64,000 nt of DNA from Felis catus (taxonomy: Eukaryota): NCBI RefSeq assembly GCF_018350175.1, contig NC_058378.1, positions 80,724,001-80,788,000 on the forward strand. Reading direction: 5' to 3'. The notes below the pieces were generated by a model. That model was given only the letters and a program-made list of their open reading frames with translations. It did not search any database and was not told the origin of the DNA. Positions 1 through 10,595 of this stretch are shown here, one piece after another (the first letter of the stretch is position 1; every line of letters begins with the position of its first letter). The translations under genes were made by a program, and so were the position numbers.

Positions 1-1335
1 CAACTTAAAAAACATAAATATTTTTACATAGGCACAAAGCCCGGAAGGAACTAGGCTAAAAGGTGCACAGTGGTTATTTCTAGTTGGTAGTTTACAGATT
101 ATTTAAAAATTTCTTCTTTATGGTCTCTGTTTGTCTGGCTTTGGAGGTGTATCGCCTTCATGATTAAGATTACACTGCTTTCACCTCAAAAGAAAGCACA
201 GAGCTTTGTATATCTCTCATGGGGAGATTCTCCTGTCATGATTTACAGTTTTGGGGGAACTTGTGTCCTTTTTTTTTATCAGTGTAAACCCCTAAAGGAC
301 ATATACTATTTTTTTTAAGCTCACTTTTGGGGGCCCTAAACGCCTAGTCCGTCTTTGGATGTCGTAGGACCTCGTTAACTAGTTGAAGAAATTGGATTGG
401 CTTTCTTTGAAACCAACCCTAAGGGCTTCGGCTCCCCATGTCTGAGAAGGATGCAGGCAGGGGTGGGTGGGGGAGGCATGGGACAGGGGCTGCCTTACGA
501 GTGGCCAGTAAGGGGCAAGGAGCCCTTGGCAGGAACTCAATTCTCGTCATTCCTTTTACTCGTGGAAATGGTTCCATAAATTGAGTAGTTGATTGTGGCA
601 CACAACCTTTTTGTTCTTGAGGAACTTACTCTTGTTTTTGCTTAACTATCGATTTTTATTTCTCACTGATTTTGGGGGTCTATTTATAGACACCACTCTG
701 GAGATTAAACTTCTGCCTTTTTTTCTAAACCCTCAAACCGTCTCCCTCTCCCCTTCCCTCTTTCATTTTTATATTTCTGCTAACCTGATGGAGACGGCTT
801 TAGCGCCTCAGAATCTGATGAAGTTTGAAATTGAACATGCATAGGCAATCCTCACTTTATGATGAAGCCTTTTAAATAAATTTGCTATTAGGAAAATTAA
901 GATCCCCACGGACTCGAATAGTTCTCTGCCCTTTGCTCTCCTCTTGGCCCTGGACTCATGAGACGAAGTCTTCATTTCAATTCGCGGTTCTGAATCCTGG
1001 GCACGGTCGTTTTCCTTTGCCCATTCTTCGAAATCCTGCAGAAAGCGAGCCCCTGCTCTGTCCCACCATCTTCCACCTCTCCCTGGGAAAAGGACCTTCC
1101 AGCTCATTAATTCCAGAGGCAAGAAAACACAGAGATCACTGACTTCTGGGTATATGATCCTCCCCCGAGCTGGAGAAAGAGGCCTGCTCTGCCTCTGGGG
1201 AGGTGGAAGGAAATGGCACCGAGTGTTAAGGTTGGGGACCCATGGTAGCTTTCTGTCCCTTCTGTGAGTAAGATGATAGGAGACTCTCTGCTCTCAGCTG
1301 CAACCACAGCAGGGTAGTTGCTCAATTAGATGATT

Positions 1336-1590
1336 CATAGATTCGTTCATTTGTTCGTTCGTTCATTCATTCATTCATTCATTCATTCAATAAATGTTTA
1401 TTGAGCACTTAGTAGGTGCAGGTGCTGCCATCGGCGCTGGGAAAAGTGACAAACACAGCCGGCTCCTGTCCTCACGGAATGCACGGTCCCGCGAGGGGTG
1501 ACGGGGGTGGGGCATTCATGAGAAACCACACGAGTGATATTTTGAACCGCGGTAAGTACTTCCACAAGGGCCCAGTTCCTGAAATTGAGC
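1336..1590 (-). mobile_element. L2 LINE 3' end fragment with (TTCA)n tail
   Basis: (TTCA)n followed by caataaatgtttattgagcactta..., the typical reverse-strand L2 3' terminus. Confidence 0.65.
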
Positions 1591-4427
1591 TCTGTGACTG
1601 AGTGGGTCTCTCAACATCGTGCCTCTACGGTCTCCTTCATCAGACGGGGACAAGGCCAGCTGCTCTTCTTAGGCACTCGGGGTGCTCCAAGGAGGGAAAA
1701 GGAAGCGCACACAAACAGAGGCATTTTCATAGAGTCTTTGCCCTTTATGTCCCCCTCCCACCACACTGGAAGACATCTGTGCTCCTGGCTGGGATCCCTC
1801 TGCGTGGGCTGCGGGCAGGCTGAGATGGGTCTGGGCGTGGAGCCCCGGCTCAGCGGGACCGTGGCAGGGGACCTGTCTGGTTGAGGCGGAGCTCAGCCAC
1901 CCTGCGACCAGCAGTCAGAGCCAGAAAGAACAGCCGGGCTGCAGGAGACAACCCCTCCCGGCTACCTCTGGACCCCTCAGCATCTCCAGGGTCACCTGCC
2001 TGAGCGCCCCCACCCCCCCAACATCAGGCCTCAGGAGGGTCATCGACCTCAGACCGGAGAGGGAGAAAGGGAGGAGACAGAGTGTCTGCGTCCACGCTCA
2101 CGGCCACACAGCGATCAGAGCCAGATCTAAGACTGAATGGGGTAGGTTTCTGGCTCCCAGATACACAGCGAAGCCCCCAGCCCACGCTGTTTCTTGGCAA
2201 AGCCCCTCCACGTTCCTTTGACTCGGGCCCGCCCTAGTGTGTCTCTGGAAATATTGTAGCTGTCACAATCGTTGTTCTAATAAAATACTCGTCTGACGAT
2301 CTATTAGTAAGGCATATTGTTGACAGGAAATGTGCATTTGCCATATTTCCCATTATATTGTCTATTTCCTGCCTCATTTTTCTTGGGAGGGCAGGAGTCA
2401 CCGAAGATAATAGCGTATTGACAGAAAGAGAAAGCAAGGGAAAGAGATCGTTGAAAGTGGGGGAATGTAGCTCTATTCGCCTGGGAAGGAAGTTTTCCAG
2501 CAGGGAACCCACACTCATTTCCTGTCCCTTGCCGACTCCATCTGCCCTCAAAACCGGTTGTCTCCCGGTCCCGAGAGGCGGGCTCCCTGGCCAGCGGATG
2601 GAGGCCCAGCCAGTTGTTACTGGGGGCTGTGGTTAGGGGGGCTTCTTTAAGAACCCCGAAGAGAACGCGAAACGAACGGTTTCCCTCACGGCACAACCAA
2701 CAGGACCTAATGGGGGATGGTAGGACACGAAGGCAGAAAGCACCCTCTTTTCTAGAAGCTTCTGCCCACAACCTTTTCTGTTTTGCTATCAAATTGCAAA
2801 TAGTGCACCACCAGGGAAAAGAACAAACAAACAAAAAACCAAACCACTCACTGGTTGTGCAGAGGCCAGTGGCGCGTGCCCCAAAATGTCAGTAAGCAGC
2901 ACCCACCGCTGTGGATTTGAACGTTTCTGGGTAGGCGGTCCTGCTGAGGGACGATCCCACTGCAAAGGTCCCCCAGCACCCCTGCCCTGGTTTTGCAGAG
3001 GCCTTGGGCCTCGAGGGTCCCTGGGAGGGAGGGGGCTCAGAAGAGGGCAGCGGATTGAGTGCCCTCAGCAGCCTGAGGGATGGCGGGAGGGGCCAGAGAC
3101 TCCCCCGGTTTCCAGAAGCCCCGGGCAGGTGGGCGTCATCCAGGGTGACCCGCGGGCCCAGTTTGCCCGGCGCTGGCCTGGCTTTAGCACTGAAACCGCT
3201 CAACCCCAGGAAGAGCCGGGTGACTGGTTGGCCCACAGATGAGAATATTTAACAGTCATTGCCATGCTTTCTAGCTCCATGCGCCCTGAGCTGGTTCCCA
3301 GCGGTGGAGACACAGGATTGGGAACTTATGCAAACACGATCTAAGCAGCCGTGGGCAAGCGGGAGAGCTCCCGGGCTCAGGTAACGCGCCCTGGAAGCAT
3401 CTCTGGGTCTCGGGCGAGCTGGGGGCGGGTGGGGGGCGGCTCGCATTCCCGCGAGGACAGCGCCCCCTGTGGCAGGAGGTCCTCTGCATCCTCCCGGCCT
3501 GGGCCCGGTAGGACTGCTGCGTCCCCCCCCCCCCCCACAAAGCCCTGGGGACGTGGGGACGCGGGCAGGTGCATCCTCAGGGGTCACTGGCGACGTGAGG
3601 GTGCCAGACAGGCACAGACCCCAAGGGAGCCTGGCTTCCCTGCCTCTCGGTCCCGGTCCAACCCAGACCCGGCTGGGCGCCCTCCTGCTTCCCTTTGGAG
3701 CATTTTCCTACAGAATTTTAATTGCTGCTCCCACCCTGCGAGCCAAGGAGGGCCTGGCAGACGGCGGCGGGGGACAGGCCTTCCAGTGGCACTTCCCTCT
3801 CCTCCCAGGGCGTTCTGAGTTCTGAATTAGGAAGGTTGCTTGCAATGGAAGCCGTGCGTCTTTGCCTATCTGGCTTTCCAAGGCTAGAACTTGCAAAATA
3901 GAAATCTTGCTTTTGAGGAATACCTCGGACCTGAGAACTGAGATAAACGCTTCAGAGAGCTCTCTGTGTCCTCGGTGCTGGGCCCGGGCTGGCGACACCT
4001 GGAGAAGGATGCTTGGGGCGCCTCTGCCTCAACGGGTGCCAGGTGCACATCTGAAACCAAACTGGGGCCCCTTCGGCAAGCCTCTTGCTGTTCCCCACCC
4101 CGAATGCTCCCAGGCAAATGCATGAGGAGGCCTCAGCAGGAAGACTTCCCAGACAGGCAGGCTGAGTTGGGGACCTTACTCTGTGCTTCCGGTCCTTCAC
4201 CAGTATTTGTTTCTTTCATCGCTCTGTTTACTGGCCCGGTCTGGCCTTCTTCACTGTTGTAGCCCCAGAATTTAGCACAGTGCCAGGCAGGCAGTAGGCA
4301 CTTAATGCATACAATAATTGCCACCATCAAGAGCATTAATTATGCCACACACTTTATGGCAAACACTTTACATATAGTCTTTGATTTCGTATTCCCATTC
4401 ACCCCGTAAGTTCAAGATAAAAAAACA

Positions 4428-4856
4428 GTTGTGCTAAAATACACATAAAATTTAACATTTCGGACCCTCTTTGAGCACGGGTAGTTCAATGGCATTAAAT
4501 ACATTCACGCTGTTGTGTCAACCACCACTGCCATCCATTTCCAGAACTCTCTTTGTCCCCCCAAACGAAAACTCTGCACTCCCTAAATAGTAACTCCGCG
4601 TTTCTGGTCCCCAGCCTCTGGCAAACACCATTCCGCTCTCTGTCTCTATGAATCTGACGCCTCGGGGGGCCTCGGAGAAGTGGAATCACACAATACCTGT
4701 CCCCCTGTACCTGGTTTATCTCACTTAGCACGCATGTCCTCAAGGTTTATTCGCGATGTAGTATGGTTCAGAATTTCCTCCCTTTGTATGGCTGCACAAT
4801 ATTCCACTGTATGAAAAGATGCCGTGTTTCATTTATCCATGTGCCTGTTGACGGAC
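4428..4856 (-). mobile_element. L1MB-like LINE-1 3' UTR fragment
   Basis: ttgtgctaaaatacacataaaattt...gcattaaatacattcacgctgttgtg...ccatttccagaactc...gtggaatcacacaata matches the L1MB 3' UTR antisense. Confidence 0.8.
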
Positions 4857-5027
4857 GAGAGAGGGAGAGCAAGCAGGGGAAGGACAGAGAGAGAGGGGGA
4901 CAGAGGATCCGAAGCGGGTTCTGCTCTGACAGTAACAAGCCTGATACGGGGTTCAAACTCATGAGCCGTGAGATCGCGACCTGAGCTGAAGTCGGACGCT
5001 CAACCCCCTGAGCCACCCAGGCGCCCC
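4857..5027 (-). mobile_element. CanSINE (SINEC_Fc-type), poly-A tail missing
   Basis: Ends ...gagccacccaggcgcccc (reverse complement of the SINE 5' end); GA-rich body abuts L1 directly. Confidence 0.9.
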
Positions 5028-5229
5028 AAGGGTCAGGAGTTTTTAAATCTTCACTTTACAAAAAAAGTATACGGTGGCTGAGAGAGAGTAAGCGCTTTTC
5101 CCCAGGTGCCTCATGTTACCAAACCGGTCAGTGGCAGAAACAGGTCTGAACTCCATGCCGATTGGCGACTGCTACACCAGAGCTCTCCCCAGGCATTGAA
5201 TGGATGAATAAGACTGTTACTAAATGGTG

Positions 5230-5665
5230 TTCGTGAGGATAACGCTAGCTGCCGTCACAAACAGACCTCTACATTTCATTTGGCTTCGCAGCGAAATACA
5301 AGTTCATTTCCCATTTATGTAAAGTGTGATGTGGGTGGTCCAAGGTTGGCTGGGGCCATTTCTCCATGGGGCCATTTCTCCATTTCTCCTGATCCAGGGC
5401 TCAGAGTTCCTTGATGTTGTGACTTGACTGTCTTTTAGAGCCTGGAGTCCTCTGCCTCCAGGCATCGAAAGGGCAGAGAGACTGTGGGAGAAACACAGCT
5501 GCTTCTAGAACACTGTGACCTGGAAGTGACTCCCACACACCTCCACTCATATCTCACTGGTGGCAGCCAGTCCTGTGGCCATGCCTGCGGTGAGGGTGGC
5601 CAGGAGATGTGGCTCCCAACTGGGCAGCTGTTTCCAGAAGCCTCTCTACTTTCTGTAGGGGGGGA
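5230..5665 (-). mobile_element. Old MaLR LTR (MLT1J/K/L-like)
   Basis: gataacgctagctgccgtcacaaac...gacctggaagtgac...ctccactcatatctcactgg...agtcctgtggcc resembles old MLT1 antisense. Confidence 0.55.
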
Positions 5666-5799
5666 GGATGAACTTTTTGTTGTGAGCCTGTCATGCCGAC
5701 ACTGTTGTGGAATTTCAAGAGGCTGACGCAGAGAGAACGCTAGAAAAACATTTGTGTCCACGAGGCCCAGGCATCAGAGTGAGCAGAGACATGATCTAC

Positions 5800-5988
5800 T
5801 TTTTAAAGTTTATTTATTTATTTTGAGGGGGGGAGGGGCGAGAGAGAGAGAGGGAGAGGGAGACTTCCAAGCAGGCTCCGTGCTGTCAGCACAGGGCCTG
5901 AGGTGGGGCTCGATCCCCTGCCCCTGGGATCAAGACCTGAGCTAAGATCGAGTCGGACGCTCAACCGACTGAGCCACCCGGACGCCCC
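5800..5988 (-). mobile_element. CanSINE
   Basis: T-rich tail, GA tract, ...tcaaccgactgagccacccggacgcccc. Confidence 0.92.
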
Positions 5989-7632
5989 GAAACGTAATTT
6001 GGATGCAGCTGTGTCTCCGATGGTTAATCTCCCTTTTCCGTTCTCCCAATGTCGTGGGTTAATCCTGAAGGTTATTTCCTGTACCCGCCTCAGTGTGGAA
6101 GCACATTTCCATAGACGGCAGATAAAGATCTCTTAACCTCGTATTTTCCCCGCATATCGTCATAAATAGCTTATGTGATGCCATTTCAGTGAGTGTGACA
6201 GTTTCTACAATGAGATCTGGATGCAGCGGCATATCCTCTTGTCATATATAAAAAAGAGTGACAGCATTTCATCGTTTACGGTGACATCAATGAAGTCTGC
6301 TTGTAGAGGTTCCCAATCCATCCATTCATAATACCTTTTATGACTTTAGGCTTTTAAACACGGTGCTCTGGTCTATTTTTCAAATGCACTACCATTATCA
6401 GCTCGGGGAGTCATTCTTCAATATATCATTTTCCTAAGAATATCTAGAATATCTTAATTTTTATGAGGTTTCTCCGTGGGGCAAGCTGTCAGGTATGCCT
6501 TTAATGTGAAAACGGGGTTGGGCGGGGGCTGCTGCTGGATCATCCTCTCTTGTGATGTCTGAGGACGTGTTTCCCATTTTCTCTTTCTGGCAAACTCCCC
6601 AGATAAAGAGCCCATGAGAGGTGTGGTTCCCGAGCCCAGCTGTCTACTCTGTATGGGGAAGTAAGAGGGTGAGAAAGAGGGCAGTGAGATCCCAGATTGG
6701 GTCACATTGTGGGCCAACCCTTCCCCCCAACAGACCAGTTCTTGAAAGTTCCTCTCAAGGCAAAGCACAGTTCTCATGCCACCAAGGGTTCAAGGCGATG
6801 AAACTTCCTCTCTGCTTCCCAACTGTGATTAGAAGAGCCCTCGTGGTCCCCAAGGAAGTGACCACTTGGACACAGGTGGGGCATCACAAGTGGCACTGTC
6901 CCCAGTAGCAGAGTTTCTACTAGGATTTGGCAAGATCAATGTCAGATCTAGCCCTAGTGGACTGGGAACAATCTCCCTCCGTCGGTGGATCCTTCGGACA
7001 GCCTGGGGGCCGTGGAGACAATTCCAGAAGTGACTTCGATGGGAAAAATGACGGCTATTGATTTAGGGAAGGAAGGTGACGCAGCCTGAGCCCGCCCACA
7101 GCCAGCAACGCAGGGCACATCGCAAAGACACTCCGAGGAAGAGCACATTTGACCTAATTTAGCAACAACAAATCCTTTTCCTCACGCGTACTTCTCTAAT
7201 TACAAACGAGATGCTGGTCGGCTCAGCAAGGGAAAATAAAATTGATTCCCTGCACATAGTATTGGAGATGATAAATGTGTTCAAGAATGGGCTTCAGAAG
7301 CCTGCCTGCTGATTAGAAAAGGCAAATAATTGTGAGAGAGCGACTGATAGACCGGAGGGATCGAGGCAGGATCAGCCTCCTTGAAGAAATACCAGAGGCC
7401 TGATCGCTTCAAGATAATTACATTCAGGCGTCTGTGTGTTTCATGCCTACCCTTTGGTCCGTGGGGGTGTTGCGGGGATCCCCGGATCAACTCTGCCCCA
7501 GGGGTTCCGGCTTTCTCTTTGTTTAAAGCCCGTTGGGGAGCCCTTCTGTCTTCTTGATGGCAATGGCGGTGGCCCTTTCATTTGTCCCCTGGTGCCGACC
7601 ACGATTCCTGGCACACAGGGGGCACGCCGCAC

Positions 7633-7805
7633 TTAGGAGGATGGGCCTTGATGTCGTGGGTTTGCGTCCTGACTCCAACACAGGCAGACTGTAACTTCTG
7701 GGAAATCACTTAGCCCCTCAGGGCCCATTTCCACATTTTTTGGAGTGAGTTTCAATAGCACGTTTGCAGTTTGCAAGATGTTACATGCAATGGGTAGAAT
7801 AAAGC
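7633..7805 (+). mobile_element. MIR fragment
   Basis: gggtttgcgtcctgactcc...ctgtaacttctgggaaatcacttagcccctc...atttccacatt resembles the MIR core. Confidence 0.5.
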
Positions 7806-7890
7806 ATTTAGTTTGACCTGTAGAAAACTGTTGGTATTTAACTATTTTTTGAACTCACTAAGCCACAATTTCATGTGGTTCCACCTAACA
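7806..7890. mobile_element. MADE2-like mariner-derived ~80-bp MITE
   Basis: ~85 bp with degenerate terminal inverted repeats, ending caatttcatgtggttccacctaaca. Confidence 0.6.
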
Positions 7891-8228
7891 TGTATTAGTT
7901 AGTTATTACTGCCGAATAAACGACCCCCCGATGTGGCAACTGAGCACAACAAACATTTATGATCTCACTGTTTCTGTGAGTCAGGGACCCAGGTGTGGCT
8001 GAGCCGAGCTGTTGCCAGGGCTGTGGTTTCATCTGAGGACTCGCCCGAGGGGGACGCACGGCTCAGCTGCAACGTCGGCTCGCTCCCTGGCTGTTGGTAG
8101 GAGCTGATGGAATGAGGGCTCAATTCCTGGCTGGTTGTTGGCTCCAGGCTGCCTGGAGGGAGTTCCCCACGATGTAGACTTCTCCACTGGGCTGCCTCAT
8201 GACATGGTTGCCCCAGAGCGAGCAACTA

Positions 8229-8260
<32 letters not shown>

Positions 8261-8404
8261 CCCAACGTGGAAGCCACAGTCTTTATGACCTCGTATTGGA
8301 TGTGATGTTTCATCTCCCCTGCCATATCCTATTTGTTAGAAGCAAGCTTTCGAGCCTAGCCTACGCTCAAGGGGAGGATATTATTGCATAAGAGTGTGAA
8401 AACC

Positions 8405-8619
8405 GGGGGTGCCTGGGTGGCTCCATCGGTTGAGCGTCCGACTTCGGCTCAGGTCATGATCTCTTGGTTTGTGAGTTCGAGCCCCGCGTCGGGCTCTGCG
8501 CTGACAGCCCAGAGCCCAGAGCCTGCTTCTGATTCTGTGTCTCCCTCTCTCTGACCCTCCCCAACTCATGCTCTCTCTCTCTCAAAAATAAATAAACATT
8601 ACAGAAATTTTTTTAAAAA
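8405..8619 (+). mobile_element. CanSINE (first of tandem pair)
   Basis: gggggtgcctgggtggctc...B box gagttcgagcc...aaaaataaataaac; flanked by gtgtgaaaacc. Confidence 0.95.
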
Positions 8620-8630
8620 GTGTGAAAACC

Positions 8631-8837
8631 GGGGGGGCGCCTGGGCGTCTCAGTCGGTTGAGCGTCCAACTTCGGCCCAGGTCATGATCTCGCGGTTTGT
8701 GAGTTCGTGCCCCGCGTCGGGCTCTGCACTGTCAATGTGGAGCCCGCTTCAGATCCTCTGTGCTCCCCCCCCGCCCCGGCCCTCCCCTTTCTGTGCTCTG
8801 TCTCTCAAAAACAAATAAACTTTTTTTTTTTTAATAC
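8631..8837 (+). mobile_element. CanSINE (second of tandem pair)
   Basis: ggggcgcctgggcgtctcagtcgg...tctctcaaaaacaaataaac; flanked by gtgtgaaaacc. Confidence 0.95.
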
Positions 8838-9852
8838 GTGTGAAAACCAGGAGGCCGGCGACACTGGGGTACGTCTTGGGATCCTCCTACTAGAACGTGT
8901 AGCTACCAGCCCGGCATCTAGCACACAAACCTCAAGAAACGGCGGTTAAGGAGAATTAATGAAGGGGAAGAGAAACAGGACCCGATATGTTTCCATTTGC
9001 ATCTTAGTTTAATTGGAATACAATTTTTTTTGCCCTTGGTGAAATGAGATGGATAGAATAATCTGGACTAAAATGCCCAGGGGCAGCAGTCCCAGAGAAT
9101 CCCTTTTCTTGTGAAATGCCTTTGGTCCTCTCCACCTTGTAACCTGCCATCTTGTCGTTCGTCGATTCTGATGTCTTGTCTGTGGTGTGCACGGGGGGCA
9201 GACCTCCCCACAGATTTTCAGCAGTGGTGACGCTGGAGAAGTCCCTGGGGCGTCATGTTGGCACCTGGACTCCCCTTCCTAGAAGGACTTCCTTTCCCGG
9301 ACGCTTAAATTTGAGTTACCTTGTAGCCGATAAGTCATAACCAACAGAATTTCTACCCGAGCGCGTGGGCCAGGTGGAGCCGTGTGGAGAGCGGGAGTCT
9401 GAGGTGCTCCCGGGAGCCAAGAAACATCGGGGAAGGGAGGACTTGGCTGGTAGCAGGATTATCCGGGCTTGAATCTCGACTTTTCTTACCAACTGGTTGA
9501 CCCGGGCAGGCCCCTGACCTCTCTGAGTTAGTCGCTCCTCACTTCTCTAAAGGCAGCAACCGTAACTAATCTAAGGCTGGTCCCAGAGGGTTTTGTTGCC
9601 TGTGTAGACCGCTGTGGATGGCGGCAGCCTCCTGGATTCTTGCGCTGGGAGGACTGTGAGTTTTATCGCAGGGTCCACGGGAGGGGTCTGGTGTTGATTA
9701 GTCATGTCTGCTGCGGGTGAGGAAGGGCAGTGGGGGGCACGTACACCTTTGCTTTGGTCAACCCTGTTTGAAGGCTTCCAGCGAGGTGTGAATGTGTTGA
9801 TGTACGTGAAAGTTCCTCATCCCTAGTCGAGGCTCAATAAATATCTAGTATA

Positions 9853-10092
9853 CAGCAAAACCTTGGGCTGCGAGGAACTCGTTCTGCGGGTGTCCGCAAG
9901 ACAAGCAAACGTTTCTAATACGTTTTAACTTGACGAACGAGCGAGGTCTTGCCACACGAGTAGGACGCGACGCTGAACGTCACATGATCGCTGGTGAGCC
10001 GGTGGGTCTTGAAACTCGCTTGCACGTACGGGTGCTTTGGATCACAAGCATGTTTCTGGAAGGAATAATGCTCGCAAACCAAGGTTTCACCG
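9853..10092. mobile_element. Tc1/mariner (Tigger-type) MITE, 240 bp
   Basis: TA on both sides (9851-9852, 10093-10094); 22-bp imperfect TIRs cagcaaaaccttgggctgcgag / ctcgcaaaccaaggtttcaccg (17/22 match). Confidence 0.8.
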
Positions 10093-10367
10093 TACTGACC
10101 GGCCCATAGTAGTTGCTCAGTAAGTATCCGTGGAGCGCTGAATTATAAGTGGATCCAGCTCTTTCTGAGTTCACACTGACGCTCATCGCGGGTCCCTGGA
10201 CCGGAGGGCCGGCAGAGGTAACCAAGCCGGGCCTGCAGGCCTGCCCAAGCGAAGAGCCGGAAAAGGCATCAAAACGGCAAAGGTATTAACTTGGTGTATT
10301 TACACCCCAAGTGCTTTGCTGTCATCAGGAGCAGCCCCTTCATGAGATATAAGTAATTTGTGCAGGC

Positions 10368-10595
10368 NNNNNNNNNNNNNNNNNNNNNNNNNNNNNNNNN
10401 NNNNNNNNNNNNNNNNNNNNNNNNNNNNNNNNNNNNNNNNNNNNNNNNNNNNNNNNNNNNNNNNNNNNNNNNNNNNNNNNNNNNNNNNNNNNNNNNNNNN
10501 NNNNNNNNNNNNNNNNNNNNNNNNNNNNNNNNNNNNNNNNNNNNNNNNNNNNNNNNNNNNNNNNNNNNNNNNNNNNNNNNNNNNNNNNNNNNNNN
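10368..10595. other. Assembly gap (228 N)
   Basis: N run. Confidence 1.

Larger units (their letters stand above)
7891..8893 (-). mobile_element. MaLR solo LTR (MLT1F/G-like) interrupted by two SINEs
   Basis: Starts tgtattagtt (LTR 3' end, antisense); ends ...gtgtgaaaaccaggagg...gtcttgggatcctcctacta (LTR 5' end, antisense). Confidence 0.75.

Noticed and set aside
8405-8480. tRNA-like A/B boxes
   Set aside because: These are the tRNA-derived heads of CanSINEs, not tRNA genes.
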